Positions 57,063-64,000 of a stretch of 64,000 bases of DNA are shown piece after piece. The translations under genes were made by a program, and so were the position numbers. The stretch is from Psilocybe cubensis (taxonomy: Eukaryota). The notes under the pieces are model-generated. The model was not told the origin of the DNA. It worked only from the letters and a program-made list of their open reading frames with translations, and did not search any database. The stretch covers positions 1,488,001 through 1,552,000 of the forward strand of contig CM039006.1 of NCBI GenBank assembly GCA_017499595.2, written 5' to 3'. How positions within the stretch are numbered: the stretch's first letter is position 1; each line of letters starts with the position of its first letter.

Positions 57063-60000
57063 TTATTTATTTCTAGGCACCCGCATCCTTCCCGCATGCT
57101 TGTCCTTCCTGGAAAGCTCCCTGTCGTCACTCTCTTTAAGCTTCTCCTTCTCCTTCATTTTTCTAAAGCACAAAAATTGAACACCCGTTGACCGCCTTGC
57201 ATTCGCTAGTGTTTCTTGCATCTCATCAAACGCCTTTTGAAAATCTTTATCCTCTCTCGCAGATGGAGCGTATGCCTGAGTGGCCTCCTTGGTATAGATT
57301 TCCTCGAGTCGTTTACCGGCACTCGTGTCTCGACCATAATTGGCCAAAGATTTGTGAATAAACGTGAGTTCCATCACGAGCTTAATACCAGAATCAGCGC
57401 AAAGATAGTGTAAGAATACCAGTTAGCTCGTACTTGCAGTAACCCCCCAGTCCCGAACCGTTGGATCTTTCCTATGCACCTCGAAGTCACCTTGTTTAAT
57501 TCGTCAATCAAGGCAATAACCACCCTATCTAACAAGGACGGCGCGACATTGCACACTTGCGAATGTATTTCGACGAGGTAGTTCATGATTTCTGAAACAT
57601 ACGGCCTCAACGCTGTAAAAGTAAGTTTCAACGTGTGAATACATAGAATAAGGCCTTGAGGACAGTTATATTTACCAACGGGTTGAGGTGTCCTGTACCA
57701 ATCGATGTCTCCTCCCGGAAGCAATGCCTTGCTCATTTCCTCTTTGATTACACGAGCCCTTGGCTTAATGTATGCCTCAAAAAGAACCTGATCTTGTTGA
57801 TCTACGGCATTCCCCAAGGCCTAGTGCGTTCGAATGAAAAATCATCAGGAGACCATTTCAGCATTATAATCTAAAAGTATGCTCAAAAGAGGTTTACCGC
57901 TCGGTCTTCTGTCATTGACACATTGAAAGCTTTTTCCAATTGAATAATCATCCCCGGGATGAAGACTTTCTTAAAGCAATCCATATTTGCCATAACCAGC
58001 AACAATCGAATATTCTGGATACATGTCAAAAACATGCTTTACTCAAAGGGAAGGCATACTCACCCCATCTCTCAGATCGAACAGCTGGGATAAACTCATT
58101 TCGCTTCCCGCAATTGCAGTAACCTGCTCAAAGTCCCCGCGGGCAACAGGGGCATCATCGGACGCCAAAAGCATCAGGCCGTCCAGGAACTTGTATGAAG
58201 CATCCACAAAGGCTCTGGTAACCTTACCCACCAGCATCTGTGGGAGTACGACCTTTGCCTGAGCTTGCCTTCCTAGTGGCGATATAGCTGCCTTCGCAGC
58301 CGCTGAGGACGACGACGGGAAAAATTCACTATTGGTAGTAGAAGCAATTTTGTAAGAAGCGGTCGTCATATACCGCTGAAACCTTTCAAACTGCTCCAAA
58401 TGCTGAGTAGGAATTATGGAGCGTTTAGATTTCGAATCGACATTCGTAGTGGAACTAGCGACCCAAACTTCGAGGTGATAAAATAAACCTGCGTCTGTGA
58501 TGATTCAACTTGAATTCGCGTGAAGATGAGGTATACCGTGCACGCACCTCTGATCCATTCATTCCCAAGAAAGTCGATACTCCTCCATTTTAAGCTCTCA
58601 ATTAAGCTCTTCAACCCATTCTTTACCTCTGCTGATCCTGGTGCGTCCAGGTCTAACCCTATCAAATCCCCAGCACATTCCACCACCTCCCCTAAAATGT
58701 TTTGGAGATAAAAGGCGGTTGAAAGGGAGGCTGACTCATGAGGGAAAATAGCAGGAGATTGATATGGAGCAGCGCCTTGATAATTTTTACTATGATAATT
58801 TTTTGATTCCGGTCCACCCGTTAGAAGTTGAGAAGATTGAGATCGGCTCATGACGGCCACGTCGGAAAGCATGAACGCTTGGGAAATGAGAGATATATAA
58901 AGTTTAACGATGTCGTACACCATAGTCCGACATTGACGTGGGCTTCTTCTTGACGAAGCTTTGTCAGTTGAAGGCTACATAAAATGTCAATATACGTAAC
59001 GAAATCAACACGAATTGACATTAAATGATAGCCCACCTTTGTGAATCGCCCTTCGAGGAAGTCTTTACCAACTTTCCAGAAGCTGGGCAAAGAAGTCGAA
59101 ACAACCTCCGAAACAGATTTGACGAGATTCAGAATCGCCGACCACACTGGTTCACTTCGACTCGCTAATCTGGCAATATCTCTATCTGAATCTCCAGCAT
59201 CAAGACTCATCATGGCCAATCTGAGTTGCGATACTAAAGAGTTTGTTATTGCACTCGTCTTTTCAGCATGACTTGACCCAGTGGACTTCATTCCCTGCAG
59301 TGCGGCTGTATAAAAAGCAAAGGGTAGGAAGAAATTCCGATGTCAATAACAGGCCGTTGAATATCCAGTGAACTCAGCTTGCCTGTTATCATCTTCATCC
59401 CAGTTCTATGGGTGGAATTCATCTTGTCCATGATGTGAAGATGATGATTGTCGAAGTATGTCCATATCAAATCTTCGGCATTCGATATTGCACCAGTCTG
59501 AAGCTCCAATAACGTCCTTCATTTCAAAATTTAATCATCTAGAGTATCGTTCTATGCGCCAAGTATCACTCACTCTAGCGTTCTTTCGTGGTCTTCGATA
59601 CTTCTAGAAGAATCCTGTAGTTGGACTATCAAGACCTTGCGCATCTCACCCATGGCCTTTTCCACACTTGCCCAGACCTTATTTAAGATCCTTTTTTGTT
59701 GAGCTTGCATTTGCTTGAGGTGGGTTTCAGATGCAGTTCCAGTGGGATAAGCAGAAGAACTGGTGCCAGAGGAAGAGCCTGTAGACGACGAAATCGGAAG
59801 AAGTTGGCCCGGTCGATTTTCCAGAAGGTATTTTCCTTTCTTATAATCTCTCAAAGCTAGATCAAATTTTCCCTGAGGCCGCAATATAACATAGCTCCAA
59901 TGAATGTAAATTGTGCTTACAGCATCGATAGATTCCATGATAAAACTCGGGAGGTTGAAGAAAAATCTGGAGCGTTCGAACACACTCAGCGTCGTGCGCA

Positions 60001-60856
60001 ATTTATCCGCCTTGGACACTGTCTCAAGAGCGGGAAGGAATATTTGATTGGCCTTTCGTGCACCGTCTTTATATCATAAGGGAGCGTAGATATGTGAAAT
60101 TTACAGTTCGCTTACCTTTCAACAGGTTTCGAAGAGGTTGGGTTCCATGCTCCGTTTCAGGGGACAAGATACCTTGCTTCATGTCTTCATATAAACCTAT
60201 CCCTTGCGTTGGCATTAATGGACGTATTGCCATCATATGACATACCATCTACTGCTCCTTTAACAACGACGAATCTATCGAATCCTTCTTCAACAAGTAC
60301 TCGTAACGCTTCTTCCCGTGACTCGATGGATTTTTGCAAATGAGCAACGCCACGCGAAAGATCATGATACGTAGCGTTAGGGTGGGCAAAAGCGAGATAC
60401 TGTGCTGGTGAAAAGGTTCTCGAGGAGAGCAAAAGAGATGATTCTGAGAAAATTGGGAAATAAAAAGGGCATATTAATCCAGTCAGCGGTAATGTGGCGG
60501 CCTAAATTGACGTACTGGTCTCCATATCTAAATCCTTCACGCTGTACGTATACGTAATGTTCAGAAAGATGCATATATGCGCATATATGTGGCCACCACC
60601 TCTTGGCAGGACCTAAGCCCAGCAAATCTTCTCTTTGTTTATCGCTGGTGTTCCCTGCTGCTGATGGCGCGAGCATTGTGGTGGCATTTGCTATGCTCTC
60701 GTCGAAGTCATGGTCAACCTCTTCCCATTTTCTGCGTATAATTGAGCTTTGAAACATGATAATGATAGATAAATGGGCATACGTTGGGTTTAGCGAGCTG
60801 ATTTTATATGCTTTCAACAATGTGGCCTCGTCGACGTTGAAGTTGAGGCGAGGCAT
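57063..60856 (-). CDS. SEC5: Exocyst complex component Sec5 (EXOC2)
   Basis: FSPAQYLAFAHPNATY, LVEEGFDRFV, FFFNLP, ALRDYKKGK, IWTYFD, RPYVSEIMNYLVEIH and FGTGGLLQ. Confidence 0.88.
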
Positions 60857-63672
60857 GCAGTCAGATATTGACGAGAGAGATTTGCAACGGCGAGATAGTG
60901 CTGGTTGAAGGAAAAGAGAATCTAGGGTGACAATTACGCAAATTGCGTCACAAAAGGTTTGGGGTGCCAAAATGTCGAAGGGCATCCTTCCCCACATCTA
61001 CATTTGAGACACGCACGACGTCAGCTTGGATAGAAGCCATGTCAACGTATCCAGAGCCAGTGAAGCCTTGAAGATACTGAACATTATAGGGAATCCAAGA
61101 ACTATATCGTATTTTTGCTTCTCAACCATGCGTTGGTACTGTCTGGGACAGTACCTGTATTTGAGAAGCCTTAATAACACAGAAGAAAGTGAGGAAAATG
61201 TAACCCATACAGACACTACTAACGTTTACTGACTTTATATGGTGAGATTTACGTCCATCCGACCAACCATCCTTGCGATTGTTCTCTCAAGCCATTTTGC
61301 GTAGTATATTGATTGTTGCATCCACGATATCGTAACAGCTGGTAGTCTTCAAAGCTATGCGTTAATCGGGATGCGGCAGGTTAGGAGTAGAACTTCCGGC
61401 TTTCGACATTGATGGAGACGACCATATGACTGTAAGGCACTAGAGGGAAGAATTGGAGACAATGCCCAACATTTTTTGACTGAGTTAATGAGATTACTCG
61501 TCCTCATCGTGTGCATCCGCAGTGCCAAAACTAACAAACAAAGAATGTGACGTTATTTGTTCTAGTCTAGTGCAGCCAAACAATAAACAGACGCAAAGTC
61601 TCGCAAAGTCCAGGCCTTTATGATCGGGCGCCAACCGACCCCATTTTGTCAGCGTCCCGTACGTGCTCCAGCCACCAAAATAATCGAGTAAACTTACAGT
61701 TAAAAATCGCCGAATACAATCCCAAAAGTAACAATGGCTGCGGGGAAATGTCTAAAATGGATAGTCACGATGAGTTCCGCTCATCAACGATATCAGGGAA
61801 GAGTTAGGGACGAGAGGACTCGAATATTGATGGAGGCTGTTTACCAGCTCTTCGAAACCGCGAGGTTGGTGGGACCTAGATCTGCGGAGTGTTGGGCGGT
61901 GCAGGAGGATCCCACATATGCCTTAATAACAATGGTTAGCGCTGGGTTAGCGCCTGGTATCTGTCATGTTAAAATGTCAAGGTTGAGATTTCTGTCTCCA
62001 TCTGTGTAAATTACAGAAGCTAAATCATTTCGTCATTGTGCTCTCCGTATATAGCTATACGTATTATAGCCGTCGAGAAATGAGTGCCTGATGATCTATC
62101 CAGAAAGGTATTCTGAGAGAAAAACAATCTTGTCCCTTGACTTCAAAGTGATACAGGGGAGAGTATATCTGAATTCTCACTCAATGGTTCTCTACCTATC
62201 CGCAGCAATGATTGACGGATGATCTTCTCATAGTGAATCGCATTTTCATGGGGTTATCGACGCCGTATGTCAATCGAAGAACAAAATCGATAATCATCTG
62301 CTTCCTATAATCTTTTTTAAACGTCACACTATCAAACGACGAGTATATATCATAAGAGAAATTCTAAAAAGCCTAACAGGCTAAGATTTTGATTCACTTT
62401 ACTTCATTACATACATTGACTTGTTGATTCGATGATTCCAAGTGTTCCAATTGCATTGACAACACTATCGACTCTAGGAAATTCTCATTTTAACACATCT
62501 ACGGTTTCCAAGTTCAAAATTTTCACGAATATCCAGGATTCTCTGACTTTCGGAACAACTTCAGCATGAACCTTGCTTGTAGGATATAAGATTATTCAGC
62601 TAACAAGGCAGACAGGCATCTTTAGCACATCTTACCAACACGGAGGTCGCCTAAACCTCAGTCACCGAATCCAATTTAATATTTTGTACATCGTGACAAA
62701 ATAGTGACCGAGTTAGCTGCAGTATATTCGATCGCCACGCTTATTTATGCAGTTCATGCCTGACTGCAAACAAGTAGTCATAATATCGTTGTCACTGCTT
62801 ACCACTCAAGAATCAGGTAGAAGGTATACGGAAATGCAATGAAAAGCTCCCGGTAGACGCAATTCTCAGCAGTGCTTTCTTAATATATTAATATCCACCG
62901 GAGATTTCTAAAGTTTAAGAACATCTGTATGATATTTGCTTACGTATATTCAAGGACTACAAAGCGGAATCAGTAATGGGAGTTCTAAAATCTACTAACA
63001 TGTTAGAATTACCCTCTGTTTCTGATAATCAAAACAAATGGCATTGATCTGATGAGACGCGGCATTCACACATATCTAGACCAAGGATTCTCGCCCTTCC
63101 GCTCGAAATAAATCCTTGCAGAGCGCCTGTATTTAATTAGTGTACAACTGATAAGCGTTTCTCACCAATTGTGAGTTATAATGGCGTGGACTGTACTTGT
63201 TGTCGTTCGTTGTGTAACATTACAGCGATGATCATAAAAGCGTTGTATTGCTATTACCAGGTGCCTGAATATATTTACCATGACATTTTGTGAGAAGTAT
63301 CACAGTATGAACCTCCGTTGCATTCTCATGTGAGGTACAGCCTGTGTGATCATTCGTGATATAGCATCCTAACTTGTACGAATCAGTGTAATAGGTGGTA
63401 CAGTTGGTGATTAATTTGGGTTCCCTCAGTTACTGATGTAAGGTGAATTGTATCTTTTAGTTGCTCCGTTAATGAAAGTCTCCAATGGGCCATGTTATAG
63501 GGATATGTGATGTTCTTATGTCAGTCTTGTCAATACATTGACGGATCGTTGGAATGTCCTGCCTCAAGGACGTTTCTCAGCCGTGGAAATCGATCTTGTA
63601 TCATAGTTTGTGAATTCGTATAAAAGCTAGACCAGCAACAACGGCGAATTCCAACACAAATCTTCAGGCCTC

Positions 63673-64000
63673 ATGTCAACCGAGTCTGATTCGCCTTTCT
63701 TCATACCTCAAAACATTCAGATCGCTGCAATTAGCGGAAATCTCAATGCCGTATTGGTTTCTACTCTTTTAACAGGTGAAATTCAATAAAATTTTAGGCA
63801 GAAATTTTCTAGCTTATGCGCTTAATCTTTACTTGTAGGATTCTATTCTGTGGTGTATCTGGGGACTATGTACCTTTATAGTATGTCTTTGATTATCGCT
63901 CTGATATATTTTTGTTATTCAAGTTTGCTATAGTCAGCCGAATGCCTACCAGCCAAGGAAAAATAGTCATACTTTCAGCAATTTCCCTTCTTTACGCGCT
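63673..64000 (+). CDS. 5' part of a hypothetical membrane protein (runs off the window)
   Basis: MSTESDSPFFIPQNIQIAAISGNLNAVLVSTLLTG, then GT-AG introns and a hydrophobic exon FYSVVYLGTMYLY. Confidence 0.55.

Noticed and set aside
61000-63600. 2.6-kb stretch without a convincing gene
   Set aside because: No repeats, TIRs, RNA-gene signatures or protein motifs recognised; treated as intergenic, though small-exon genes could be missed.

Overview
Eukaryotic DNA from an intron-rich fungus; gene content and short GT-AG introns point to a basidiomycete (Agaricales-like). Recognisable host genes: a truncated acetyl-CoA hydrolase (ACH1), two purine-cytosine (NCS1/FCY2-like) permeases, a Ybp1/glomulin-like gene, a PTH11/fungal-rhodopsin-like membrane protein, an IKS1-type kinase, a DUF6533-like membrane protein, a cytochrome P450, two F-box-like paralogs, a SET-MYND (SMYD) methyltransferase, an MFS transporter, glutamate decarboxylase and exocyst Sec5. 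Mobile DNA: a full-length, apparently very young chromoviral Ty3/Gypsy element (10454-16500) with matching 358-bp LTRs, a 5-bp TSD, a Tf1-type self-priming site and a -1 frameshift signal with a predicted pseudoknot. It sits in the last codons of the Ybp1-like gene and supplies a new C-terminus. There are also two matching 460-bp MITEs with 8-bp TSDs, one with its empty site preserved in a paralogous segment, and a TA-flanked MITE. The most unusual architecture is an inverted duplication of the SET-MYND/MFS region (40171-42354 vs 48022-51258) bracketing a ~5.7-kb island with two divergent, apparently intronless orphan ORFs. An orphan PD-(D/E)xK nuclease-like gene is also present. All calls come from reading the sequence by eye; exon boundaries of multi-exon genes are approximate and no database search was run.
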